From Octopus vulgaris (lineage: Eukaryota), in contig OX597824.1 of assembly GCA_951406725.2 (NCBI GenBank), positions 33,914,001 to 33,978,000 of the forward strand: 64,000 nucleotides of DNA, read 5' to 3'. The translations under genes were made by a program, and so were the position numbers. Positions 28,237 through 40,204 of this stretch are shown piece after piece. Position 1 is the stretch's first letter. Each line of letters begins with the position of its first letter. The notes beneath the pieces are model-generated. The model was not told the DNA's origin. It saw only the letters and a program-made list of their open reading frames with translations, and searched no databases.

Positions 28237-29797
28237 TATACTTGGTAGGTAACTATACTTTTTCAGTGCAAAGAGTTCGAGAGGAAAATTTGGAAACCCG
28301 ATACAACTACAAAAACTGATTAACCCATTGGATGAGATACATTGGGATTACTAACCTCAAGTAATCCTCAGTGCTTCTTACCTCTCAATGTGGTTAGCCA
28401 CAACTTGGATTATAAATGAGTGTTCAAGCGGTACACCCACCTGGTTACCTTATCCCAATCTATATATACATATATATATGGTGGATTCTTCTATCAACCT
28501 TGAAATATGAGCATCTAACAGCCTTATATTAGAGTTGTGGCTCAGTGATTAGGGCATCAAGCTTACAATCATGAAGTTGTGAGTTCGATTCCCAGACCAG
28601 GCAGTGCATTGTATTCTTGAGCAAGACACATTATTTCACATTGCTCCAGTTCACTTATCTATAGAAATGAGTTGCGATGTCACTGATACTAAGCTGTATT
28701 GGCCTTTGCCTTTCCTTTGGATAACATCGGTGACATGGAAAGAAGAGGCTGGTTTGCATGGGCGACTGCTGGTCTCCCACAAACAACCTTGCCTGGACTT
28801 CTGCCTAGGTAATTTTTTCATGACATCAGCACAAGAGGAGATGACAAGGTGAGAGACCAGAAGATGAGTATGATGAAAGCAACAGATTTATTGCTGTAAA
28901 AGGGCGGTCGTGGAGAGACTAAGAAAGAACAGTTTTAAATGAAATAAAAGAAGGGGGGAAGAGGTAAAGTGTGAAAAGGGGGTTGAAGGTGGACAAAGTG
29001 GCAAGGATGATGGAGTAGTTTCCATAGCAACAGCTAACTAATCTAGATGAATATTTACATGAGAACAGTAACTATAAGTAAGTGACATTGTTGTATAGTT
29101 AGAGGGAGGTAATCTACAAAATACAGCATTAAAAATTTTGAGCGAATGTTATTTTTAGATCAAATTGATATTATTGGAAATTCACCTTTGCTTTCATTTT
29201 ATTTCTTGTCCTCTTAACTTTATATATGTATATACATATATATCCACCAGTATCAGCACCAAGCAGCTTTTAGGTGTAAGCAAAATTTAGATCAGTTAAA
29301 ATAAGTGACATATCGATATATACATATATAAATATATACACACACACACATGTACATACACACGCTCACACAAACACATATAAGATGGACTCTTCGTTGG
29401 TTTCAAGATATGATGATCTGACAATCTATTCTTTCTTTGTCAGTCATAATGCTTATGTTGAATGTGACATTTGAGTCCTGCCAACAATTTGCAAAGAAGC
29501 CCACAGATGTTGCAAGCATGAGGATTACAGGTCATTACATGCAGTATATTTGTATGCATGCACCCTCTCCCCACACACACACACTCATATATGTATATAT
29601 GCATATATATACACATATATATGCAAATATATATGCATATATAGGCATATATATATATATAAATATATATATCTATATACACACACATACATATATACAC
29701 GAATATATATGCATATGTACAAATATACACACATATATATATGCATATGTAATGTATATATTTGTACATATGCATATATATTCCTGTATGTATGTGA

Positions 29798-29838
<41 letters not shown>

Positions 29839-30474
29839 GACATACATATATACATGAATATATACATATATATACTGTCATCAGATTTGCTGTTAAAATA
29901 TTGACGAGCTTGCACAGTACATAGCGGAGAACGAGCCAAAGCTCCTTCCACAACAGAAGTTCACTTACAATTCTGTTATTAATTCTGTCCAGGACAAAAC
30001 TGGGGGGATTTTTTCCTCAATGCTCCGACACGTGTTGAGTAGATGCTATTGTTGTATATTTTCAAACTTATCCATGATTAATCCCCCTCTTTCCTCCATA
30101 GGGCATCTATTCTGTTTTCACAGAGCATGAAGTATTGTAACTGCACGTCCACTGCCGTTGGTGGAAAACGAAGACACCATATTTACCTGTGAACATTTTA
30201 CACACCCTTCCAGGACTACCTACCAAATTGTTACAAATGTGAGAACAATAAACACAGCCTCTTCAGGGCCACCTCACATTCTATTGTTACCCGCTTCTGC
30301 GAGTGTTGCATAGCTCTTTGCAGGGCTTTCTATCCAGTTGCAAATCGATTGGTTGGCCGTATCAATCTTTGCCTCAATAATCATAATTGAGTAGTATCAT
30401 TAAGAGTACTTTAAAGCAATTAAGCCCCGAACAATGCCAGGCACTTCTGCTAGTATATATATATATATATATCA

Positions 30475-30770
30475 CATGACCGACCAGGCCATCAGATGTT
30501 GCTACACATCGCTGGTCACAATGCGCTTCACATTGTTTTAGCCTTCAATGACGCCACTCCGCTGGCTAAGCAAGTAGGCCTACAGAAGTAAGAGTGAGAA
30601 AGGTTGTGGTGAAAGAGTACACCAGGGATCACCACCACCTCCTGCCAGAACCTCGTGGAGCTTTAGGTGTTTTCACTCAATAAACACTCACAATGCCCAG
30701 TCTGGGAATCGAAACCACGATCCTAAGACCACGAGTCTGCTGCTCTAACCACTGGGCCATTGCGCCTCCA
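30475..30770 (-). mobile_element. SINE related to family C with a different 3' body
   Basis: Head TGGAGGCGCAATGGCCCAGTGGTTAG on the minus strand, in (TA)n. Confidence 0.7.
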
Positions 30771-30784
30771 TATATATATATATA

Positions 30785-31190
30785 TCTTAATATAGTGTAG
30801 GACTGCCTTTGGCAGTAATTATAACTTGAATTCTATGAGGTATGGACTCATACAAAGTTTGAATTGTTTCCAAAGGAATTTTTGTCCATTCTTCAGCTAA
30901 AACAGTGTCCAGTTCTTATAGTGATGATGGCAGAGGATATCAACTCCTTACTTGTTTTTCTAAAATGCACCATAAATGTTTAATAATATTGAGATCTGGG
31001 GACTGTGATGGCCAGATAAGATGTTCAACTTCACTAGAATGTTCCTCGTGTCATTCAGTAACAACTTTAACTGTGTGAATTGGTGCATTATCATCCTAAA
31101 AGATTACAATTCCCTCCAGAAACAGTTCTGCAACCATAGGATGAATTTGATCAGATAAAATGCTTAAGTAGTCTTGACTATTAATTCTTC
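30785..31190 (-). mobile_element. Tc1-like transposase 3' fragment
   Basis: DDNAPIHT...WPSQSPDLNIIKHLWCILEKQV...LYESIPHRIQVIITAKG, with stops. Confidence 0.82.
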
Positions 31191-31191
31191 C

Positions 31192-31226
<35 letters not shown>

Positions 31227-31811
31227 TTATCTCCCCTACTCAACCTTTCGTTTTTTCTTTCATCCGTTCTTTTCATCTCCCTCTTCTCCTCCTTACGTTT
31301 TTTTTTTTCTCTCATCCTTTTCTTTTCTCCTTCAATGTTCTCTACCTGTCCCTCTCTCTTTCTCAGTCTTCCTCCTTTACTCTCTCATTGCTCACACATG
31401 ACCATCAGCCATCTTTCTTTTCCTAACCTTAGCTTCTTTCTTTCCTTTTGATCTGCCACACAGATCACACGCATTCTTGCCTGTCTCCTCTCCTATTAAA
31501 ACTTGCTCCTGCAGCATTCACCACCTCAGCTCATAATGGTTTAGCAGCCATTACTGTTTGTTTTCACTGTCATGTTTTTTCGTACCAACTTTCATCCTCT
31601 GCAAATCCCAAATTATATTTTGCTTTGCAGGGCAACTCTTTTCTCAAAGACACATCATGTCGTAATTGCTTGAAATGTGGAGTAGATAAACACCCGACAA
31701 CTGATGAAGGGTAGTTCTTTATGTTACTTGTCTTTTTTTCCATTTGTTTCTTTTGTTGTTCGCAAAAAAAGTATGTATTCCATGTTTGCTTTTTATAATG
31801 TCCTGTACCCC

Positions 31812-31812
<1 letters not shown>

Positions 31813-31865
<53 letters not shown>

Positions 31866-32240
31866 CATATATATACATCTACATATATATATATATACAT
31901 ACATACACACATATATACATATATGTATATATATATATATATACAGGTATATATACATAAATATATATATATACACATATACACAAATATACATACATAT
32001 ATACATACACATATATATATATACATAATTATATGTATTTATGCATATATACATTTATACACATAAACTTATATATACATACATATACACACATAAATAT
32101 ACATAAACATATACATACATAAATATACATATGTACATGTACATACATAAATATACATATGCATGCATACCTATGTACATGCACATACGTATGTACGCCT
32201 GCATACGTACACACATATGTACATATACATACATATATAT
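31813..32240. repeat. compound (TA)/(TACA) microsatellite
   Basis: Direct inspection. Similar tracts at 9320-9640, 29575-29875 and 45110-45215. Confidence 0.9.
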
Positions 32241-32245
32241 GCTCT

Positions 32246-32572
32246 ATTACTTGTTTCAGTCATTTGACCATGGCCATGCTGGGGTACTGCCTTTAGTCAA
32301 GCCAATCAACCCCAGACTTATTATTTGACAGCCTAGTACTTATTCTATCAGTATCTTTTGCCGGACCGCTAAGTTACGGGGACGTAAACACACCACCATC
32401 GGTTGTCAAGCGATGTTGGGGGTACAAACACAGACACACACATATATACGACGGGCTTCTTTCAGTTTCCGTCTATCAAATCCACTCACAATGCTTTGGT
32501 TGGCCTGAGGATATAGTAGAAGGTGCCACGCAGTGGGAATGAACCCAGAACCATGTGGTTGGTAAGCAAGCC
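32246..32572 (-). mobile_element. SINE family A, 5' end abutting the LINE tail
   Basis: Family match. Confidence 0.8.
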
Positions 32573-32574
32573 AC

Positions 32575-35345
32575 TTTATTTCAATAAATATGCCATGTAG
32601 GCATAATACAGAGGGGACAAATAAGGACAGACAAACATAGAATGAAGTAGTTTAAAGCGTTGTTAAGAATCGATTAAAAATACGAAAGGGGTAAAAAATT
32701 AAAAATAAAATACATTGCGTTATGCAATGTGACACTGAAGGAAAGGTGTCCAACATCAGGGTAGGGCCTTTGCTTTTCTTCCAGGGTCCCATTTACTTGG
32801 TGCCAATCATTCCTAGCTTTCTCACCACAGGCTGCCATCTCTTCTCGACTTTCTCACATGACAGGTACTGCTTCTCCAGCCTGATCTTGCTGCTGAGTTG
32901 GTAACTAAAAAAGCTGACCAACCCCTGGCCAGATACAAAGGTTACTGTCACAATACCTTTCACATGTGTCTTCCATACCGTTTCTTTTAAAATGGCTACC
33001 ACACAGTAAAACCAGGCCTTACTTTCCCCATTAAGGGAAGAAGGTGGCACAATCTCGATGACTGACTCAGCTGATAAGTGTACTCTTCCTATCAATGACA
33101 ACTGTTGTTCTGTGAAAGCTATCAATCCTGATAATTCCGGACATCCCACGAATGCGTGCAAGAGGGTTTCCCTGTCCTACCTGCACCTTGGACATGATGG
33201 CAAGACGACACTTCCATGCCTTAACACCGCATGGAAGCACTGCCAAGCCAAGGATTTCTGATAATTATCCAGATACCCCAGCCCAAATGTTCTCCTGAAC
33301 AGGTTGATCAACTGATTTTCATCGTAGCCCAGGTTCTCCCCCAAGGCATCTTCAGACATGAATCCCACTAACCCGCTATAAAAATCCACAGTGGAACTGC
33401 TGTTGCTGGCACTGCCCACCCAAGAGAGTAGCTGAAGTGCCTGACGGCACTCCAAATGCCATTCCCCCAGTTTAGGTCTCTGCTTGATCCATGTGCCAAT
33501 GTCTGTTAAGGACGTTAACCTCAGAAGGTAGAACTGGACGTGCAGTGACCACACCTGTTCTCCATTCAGGTAAAGCCAGAGGTGCCTCAGCCGTAACACG
33601 AATTTTCGCATCCTCAGCCAAGGCATCCCTAGCCCACCCTTTAATGGCTTCTGGCAGCAGACAGAGCGCTTCACAAGAGGCTTTCCTCCTTTCCACAGAA
33701 AGCAGAAAAGGTTTCTCTCCAACTTGTACAGCCACAAATTAGAGCAAGGCACCACAGTCAGACGGTAGGTGATAACAGATGCTATAAACATCTACACCAC
33801 CTCAGCCTTCCCTAGCAAGGATAATGCCCGCCGAGACCAAGTCTGGGTTCGAGCAGTCACTTTACTGGCTACCTCACTCCAATTTTTCTCTATCCGGAGG
33901 TCTGGTCCAAACCAGACCCCAAACAGCTTAACAAGACCTTCTGTCCAACGCCCTACGACGTTATTGGATCTCATAAGCTTGCCTCTCCAGGTGAATGTTT
34001 GCGAATTGTCATGAATTCCCTTTCAGACAACTCCATGGTGTCGTCTGGGGACATTATGTTTGAAACAAAAGGTGCCTCAGAAATCAGGTGGACAGGGGGG
34101 GGGGGGGTTCTTAATGTGGGGCTTTGTGTATGTTGGGGGTTTTCATTACATTGGGTGGGGGGGGCACCACAACAGGGGGAGTAGGAGCATTTGTTTTTGT
34201 GGGGGGCTGGTGTATGTGTGGGTTTGGTGTCTGTAACAGTTTTTTCTCTTTTTTCTTCTTTTCTTCCTCTTTGTTCTTTTTTATTTCACAATCACTTCGA
34301 ATGTGGCCTTTTTTTCCACATTCAAAGCATGTAACCTTTTTACCCTCCGCTTGAACTCGGGGGGTAACTTTTTCACCCACACGTAACTGGTCCGGAAGGT
34401 TTTCAATGTCTTCTGGTGCCCCTTGGATGATGGCCCAATACTGCCCTGTCCAGTATTGGGAGGCAGAGCATGAAATCTGGAAAAATTGTATTTTGTCTGT
34501 CCTGTTGTACAACAGGGCAGCCATCACCTCCCGAGGGTCTATTTCCAGCGGCAACTCCGTCACCCTCATACGAGAAGTATGTCTTCCCCTGTAAGACGGC
34601 AGAAGCGCCATCTCCTTCGTATTCAAGGGGCTAAGCTAATACTCCTGTGCCAACTTTTCCGTCTTGAAATGGACTTCAATGGTTGCAAAAACCTCGCCCC
34701 TTGCAATATGAGTAATATCATTCCACACAGGAGCGAGGCATTTCTCAATAACATTTTTTTTGAAATGTTTAAAATGTCTTCCTTCCATACAGAAGGATCT
34801 GAAAACCACAGTTCTCTTCTCTATTTCTTCAGTATCGAACCTGGGTGTTAACTTGATATACCCGTCTTCCTCCTGGAAAAATATTCTTTCAAATCTTCAT
34901 TGTTCAACACAATGGTCTTCGTTTCCACAGCGGCAACATCAGAAAACTTTTTGCTATTAACACTACTCTCATTGAGAGTGCTTTCTTTAGAAATTTTTTC
35001 TTTCAAAATTTCAACTGACAAGCTCGGTCAGAATTATAGATGCACAAAAAACAGGTTTGTAAATTGTTCACCAAATTAGTTCAGATCTCTACCCCCCTTT
35101 ACGGGGCGTGGCACAAGAAAAAAACCTACAACGGCTTGAAAAAAAGTTTCAATTGCACAAAAAAAGTTTTTTGCATTACCTTCCTGAATGAGAAACATAA
35201 AAAAATCCAAAGTACACGTAATCCACACAAACAGTACTCCAATACACACAAATAGTTAATTCACAATAACAAAGAATCTTGCCCCCCACCCACTTTGGGG
35301 GTGCATGGCACAAAAAAGAGCTTACATGAAAGCTCCTTTCGGGAC
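32575..35345 (-). mobile_element. Tx1/L1-like LINE, internally deleted (ORF1 gag knuckle + ORF2 C-terminal part)
   Basis: ORF 34111-34626 has the CCHC knuckle CFECGKKGHIRSDC. ORFs 33177-33974 show VKLFGVWFG...WSRRALSLLGK...FLWKGGKPLV...KGGLGMP...CPRC. The endonuclease and RT core are missing. AATAAA at the 3' end. Confidence 0.85.
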
Positions 35346-35626
35346 TACTTTATTTGAATTCTTACTATTGGGTAACTAATTTCATGTTATTACATAACTG
35401 ACTTCACAATTTAGATATTCATAACTTATTGGGAATTCCTAAAAAACAAGATCTTGTGTAAGACAGTTCGGTATTCTCTGTAAATGCACAAAAACCGTTT
35501 TAAGGACTACATACTTTGTATTGTTGCTATTGGATTAGCGAAACAATTATGAGAATGGAACCAAGAGATAAGCCCTGCTTTCCTGGGAATTACCAGGTGT
35601 GTCAGCTATTACATACATATGTACAT

Positions 35627-35673
<47 letters not shown>

Positions 35674-35999
35674 TATATATATGTACATATGTATATACAT
35701 ACACAATGGACTGAGATAGATGTTTGATGATCTGAGGTTCTAGAGAAGACCCACCCACATTAGCAAAACGTGAGTGCTAGAAGTGTTGTGTCCCACTCAC
35801 ATGTAACAAAAAACTTTTCACACACCCTAACTCAAGAAACCGAACTGCATCTCTTCTTCTAAACTGCACCTGACCCTTCCTCACATTTCCTCTTCATAAA
35901 CTAAGATTGTCTTCCAATCCCCTTCCCCATCTTCATACCTAGGTTTTCGCCAGTCACTGCAATCCCCACTCCCTACTTGTGCTTTCTTGGCAATACCTA

Positions 36000-36230
36000 T
36001 TTCTTTACTACCCACAAGGGACTAAACACAGAGGGGACAAACAAGGACAGACACATAGATTAAGTCGATTACATCAACTCCAGTGCGTAACTGGTACTTA
36101 ATTTATCGACCCCCGAAAGGATGAAAGGCAAAGTCAACCTCAGCGGAATTTGAACTCAGAACATAACGGCAGACAAAATACAGCTATGCATTTCGCCCGA
36201 TGTGCTAACGTTTCTGCCAGCTCACCGCCC
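36000..36230 (-). mobile_element. SINE family B
   Basis: Reverse-complement family match. Similar copies at ~18790-19000, 47385-47565, 52770-52985 and 62920-63135. Confidence 0.85.
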
Positions 36231-37699
36231 TATTTCTTGGCAATACCTGACCACATATATTATGAACTCCGTACCTTACTCTACCATCACCTCTATGCTC
36301 TGATCCTTGTTACTTGTAAGTATACCCTAGCACTTCACCATCTCTTTCCTGCTCTCTCTAGCACTTTTGCTGTTTCCCACTCTCTCTCTTTCCTTTGCTC
36401 TTCCCTCTGGCTGAGTAGTCATTTATCTCCTCTACAGCAGCACACTTGTTTCTGCCTTCCTTCTTGGTCACTCTCTCCTTTAGTTTTTCCTCTGACTAGG
36501 TAACCAAGTATCTCCTTTACATCAGCACACCTGTTTCCGTCCTCTTTCTTATACCTCTCTCTCTCTTCTTCTTCTCACTCTCTCCACCCTCACTTTTTCT
36601 CTCTTTCTCTCTCTCATTCAGTAATCATGTACCTCCTCTCTATAGCAAGACACATTTCTGTCATGCTCTAACCTTTCATCATCTGACACCAGATCACCTA
36701 CTCCAATGCCCCCTCCATTATAGCAAGACACCTGTTTCTGCTTCTGTCTCTGTCACACTCTAACCTTTCGTCCTCTGACACAAGTTCTATCTTCAAACGC
36801 CCCTGACCATCTCAAAATACCTTGCCTTGCAAGTTACTTGGTGACCCTGTCATTGCTTGGTATCACATAAAAAGCATCCAGTCCACACTATAAAATAGTT
36901 GGCATTTGAAGGGTATCCAGCCATAGATATCATGCCAAAACTAACTTCACCTGTGCTAGTGCCACGTAAAAAGCACTGAGTCCACTCTGTGGAATGGTTG
37001 GTGTTTGGAAGGACATCCAGCTGTAAAAACCCTGCAAAAACAGACACAGTAACCTGGGATAGTCTTCTACTTGGCTAGCTCCTGTCAACCATCCTACTTA
37101 TGCATGCATAGAAGACAGGTGTTAAACAATGATGATGATGATTATATACACACACACATATATATATATAAATTAATATAAACAGCCAGGCACAATGTGA
37201 TAACATAAAGAAAAACCTAATTATATATGAATATACATACACACCCACATCATCATTTTAACAACCAGGCTTTGGTCGGCCTGAGGCTATAATAGAAGAC
37301 ACTTGCCCAAGGTGCCATGCAGTGGGACTGAACCCGGAACCATGTGGTTGAGAAGCAAGCTTTTTACCCCACAGCCACGCCTGTGCATATATATATATAT
37401 AATAGATCAGGATTCAAGCAAACCAGGCACGTAAATGGTAAGGTACCAGGTTGATCGAACAATAACATGTGTACACAATAGAAGCAGAGGAATACAAATG
37501 CAGGTACCAAAGTACAGGCAGACAGATATTCAGGTTATGTGTACGATCCGCTGTACCTGACTGAGTATATCATGAGCCCTAGGAAATGCACATTGCACTA
37601 AATGTATGGTCCATAATATACTTTGGATCCACACTAGGAGCAGGTTCCAAGTGAGGTAAATAATAAATAAGTAAATAACAATAGATGGATAACGCGTCA

Positions 37700-37770
37700 A
37701 TCCACTACAGCTGTTTCCATTGATAAATTGAGTAATTACATCATTACAAAAACATTTTCATCAGATGAAT
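37700..37770 (-). ncRNA. hammerhead ribozyme-like motif, stem II degenerate
   Basis: ATTCAT-CTGATGA-...-GAAA-CAGCTG-TA-GTGGAT on the minus strand. 6-bp stem I with two G-U pairs. Confidence 0.62.
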
Positions 37771-38399
37771 ACATGAATCACAACATAAAACAACATTCAA
37801 AAGCCAACAGTTTGTGGCCACTTCATGATTGTATGACCAGTGCAGGTCATAAAAATAAATTTTTTTGTTCGGTTTGGTATTTATTATAGGAGAAAATATT
37901 GTGATGCCAGGAGTGGGTAAGAAGGTAACGAAGATTTATAACAATGAAAGAGGTTAGAGGATGGAGTAGAGGGGGAACAGACAGCCCCTACAACTAAGAG
38001 TTAATTTCATTTATCTTTTATTTCTATTCAACGAGAGGTTTTTGGACTATGTTCAAAGGGTAAGGTCAACCAGTTGCTTACTTATTTATTTATTTAACAA
38101 CCTTCTCTATGCTCCCTTTAAAGCCGGAGAAACCATAAGAGAGACAGTAAGTCTAAGATGCACTGATGGGGAGGGTATAAAATAAGAAAAGTGGCTATCA
38201 TCAATAATTAGATAAATAATGAAGTATACAACCAAAAGCATACAATAAAAGGTATATGAAAGCAAAAGGATAATAACGAAATAAATCTTTCCAACTGGCT
38301 GACCTCAGACTTTGAACTTAGCCCCAAAACCTCTTACTGAGTCTATTTATTTATTGAATGTTAATTCCATTAATACTCTGGGTTTCTCTTTTATGTCAT

Positions 38400-39000
38400 C
38401 ATCACCATCATCATTGTTTAACATCCGCTTTCCATGGGTTGGACGGTTTGACTGAGGCTCCAATTTAATCTGGCAAGGTTTCTATAACTGGATGCCCTTC
38501 CTAACATCAACCAGTCTGAGAGTGTAGTCGGTGCTTTTTACATGCTACCAGCACAGGGGCCAGTCAGGCTGCACTGGCATCGACCATGCTCGAATGGTGC
38601 TTTTTACATGTCATTGGCACAGGAGCCAGTCAGGTGGTACTGGCATCAGCCACGACGATTTCACTTGACTCAACAGCTCTTCTCAAGCACAGCATATTGC
38701 CCAACAATTGAAGAGTACTCTTAAATGGGCCAGTTATGCGACACTGGCAGAGGCCACGGCTACAGTCTCACTTGGCTTGCCAGGTCTTCTCAAGCACAAA
38801 GTATCTCCAAATGTCTAAGTCGCTTGTCATTGCCTTTGTGAGGCCCAATGTTCAAAGGTCGTGCTTCACCACCTCATCCCAGGTCAACCTCCTCCACAGG
38901 TTCCCTCCACTGTTAGGGTGTAACACTTCTTCACACAGCTGTCCTCATCCATATGCAACACATGACCATACCAGCACAGTCGTTTCTCTTGCACAGCCAC
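38400..39000 (-). mobile_element. RTE-like LINE 3' fragment with (ATG)n tail
   Basis: VQEKRLCWYGHVLHMDEDSCVKKCYTLTVEGTCG on the minus strand. Tail ...GATGTTAAACAATGATGATG. Confidence 0.7.
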
Positions 39001-39549
39001 CTAATCTTACTAAAGTTCACAAGCACAAATCTTTAAGCGGCAACAAAGTGAATCATCAAGTCCAAATAAAAATGTGGTGGGAGGGGGTCAAGAAGCTTAC
39101 TTCCCAAACATGTCTTTTGTTCAGTCCCATTGCCTGGCACCTTGAGCAAGTGCTTTCATACCATACCACAATCAAAGACTTGTGAGTGGATTTAGTAGAC
39201 AGAAACCAAAAGAAGGCCATTATGTGGGTATATGTGTATTTGTGTGTACCCTTGTCTAGATATCATATTATAGCTGTAAATGAGCATCAACATCATCATA
39301 CAAGCATGGTTGTTCATTCCCATTCTTCCATGAAAAACATGTCTTGCTATGGGAAAATATAACATTTCTTGGAAACAGGTGAGAGTTGGTGACAAAAAGG
39401 GCATGTGAACGTAGAAAATTTGCCTCGTCAAATTCCATCTGATCCATGCAAGCATGGAAAAGTAGATGTTAAATGATAATGATAAAGAAGATGATGATGG
39501 TGTGCTTGTGTGTGTGTGTATTTTCATATTCTTTTTTTTTTTTTTGTTT

Positions 39550-39840
39550 TGTTTGTTCCTTCTCGAGCCATGCCTGGCTCATAGGGCCGGTTTCCTTGGC
39601 GTATAGGCTCCCCACCTGGACAGGACGCCGGTCTGTCGCAGGTGAGCTGCAAGATGCAGGGGGAAAGAGTAAGAGAAAGTTGTGGCGAAAGAGTCAGCAG
39701 AAGTTCGCCATTACCTTCTGCCAGAGCCAGGTGGAGCTTAGGTGTTTCGCTCAAACACCAACATCGCCCGGTCTGAAATTCAAACCCACGATCCCTCGAC
39801 CGCAAGTCCGCAGTTCTAACCACTAGGCCATGTGCCTCCA
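39550..39840 (-). mobile_element. SINE family C
   Basis: Reverse complement of 18380-18682. Confidence 0.82.
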
Positions 39841-39914
39841 CATGTTCTGGTTTAACATATGAAAAATAAAGTATTATATAAATATCATAAAAAAATTATA
39901 TTTTTAATACATAC

Positions 39915-40204
39915 CTTCTAACTAAAACACTGGATTGCTGGCATTCTTTTAAAGAAATTGGTAGTCGATCCACTGGACATTTGCATTGTACCTTGAGGTA
40001 GTTTTTGAGGCATTGTGTACAAAATGTATGTCCACATTTGGTGTCAATTGGATTTACCAAAGGCTGGAGACAAATGTAACACATCATATCATCATCCACT
40101 GGTTGATAATAATCATATAAATGAGTTCCATTTTTTTCATGTAACTGGCCACATGAGACACATATAACTGCACTATGGTGCTTCAGCGTATAATAGCTGC
40201 ACAT
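39915..40204 (-). CDS. LNX: LNX (ligand of Numb protein X)-like E3 ubiquitin ligase, first coding exon (N-terminal Zn motif + C3HC4 RING)
   Basis: Translation MCSYY...CVSCGQLH...HLYDYYQPVDDDMMCYICLQPLVNPIDTKCGHTFCTQCLKNYLKVQCKCPVDRLPISLKECQQSSVLVR matches the LNX1/LNX2 N-terminus. Donor AG|GTATGT at 39914 (phase 2). In-frame TGA upstream of the ATG. Probable acceptor TTTCAG| puts the exon start at 40335. Confidence 0.92.

Noticed and set aside
29437-29953. Long ORFs in several frames (also 9028-9672 and 31570-32328)
   Set aside because: They are translations of (TA)/(CA) microsatellites, which lack stop codons.
31701-31790. CTGATGAAGGG possible hammerhead start (also 27474 CTGAGGA and 45007 CTGAGAGA)
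   Set aside because: No convincing GAAA-stem III-NUH follows. At most these are decayed remnants.
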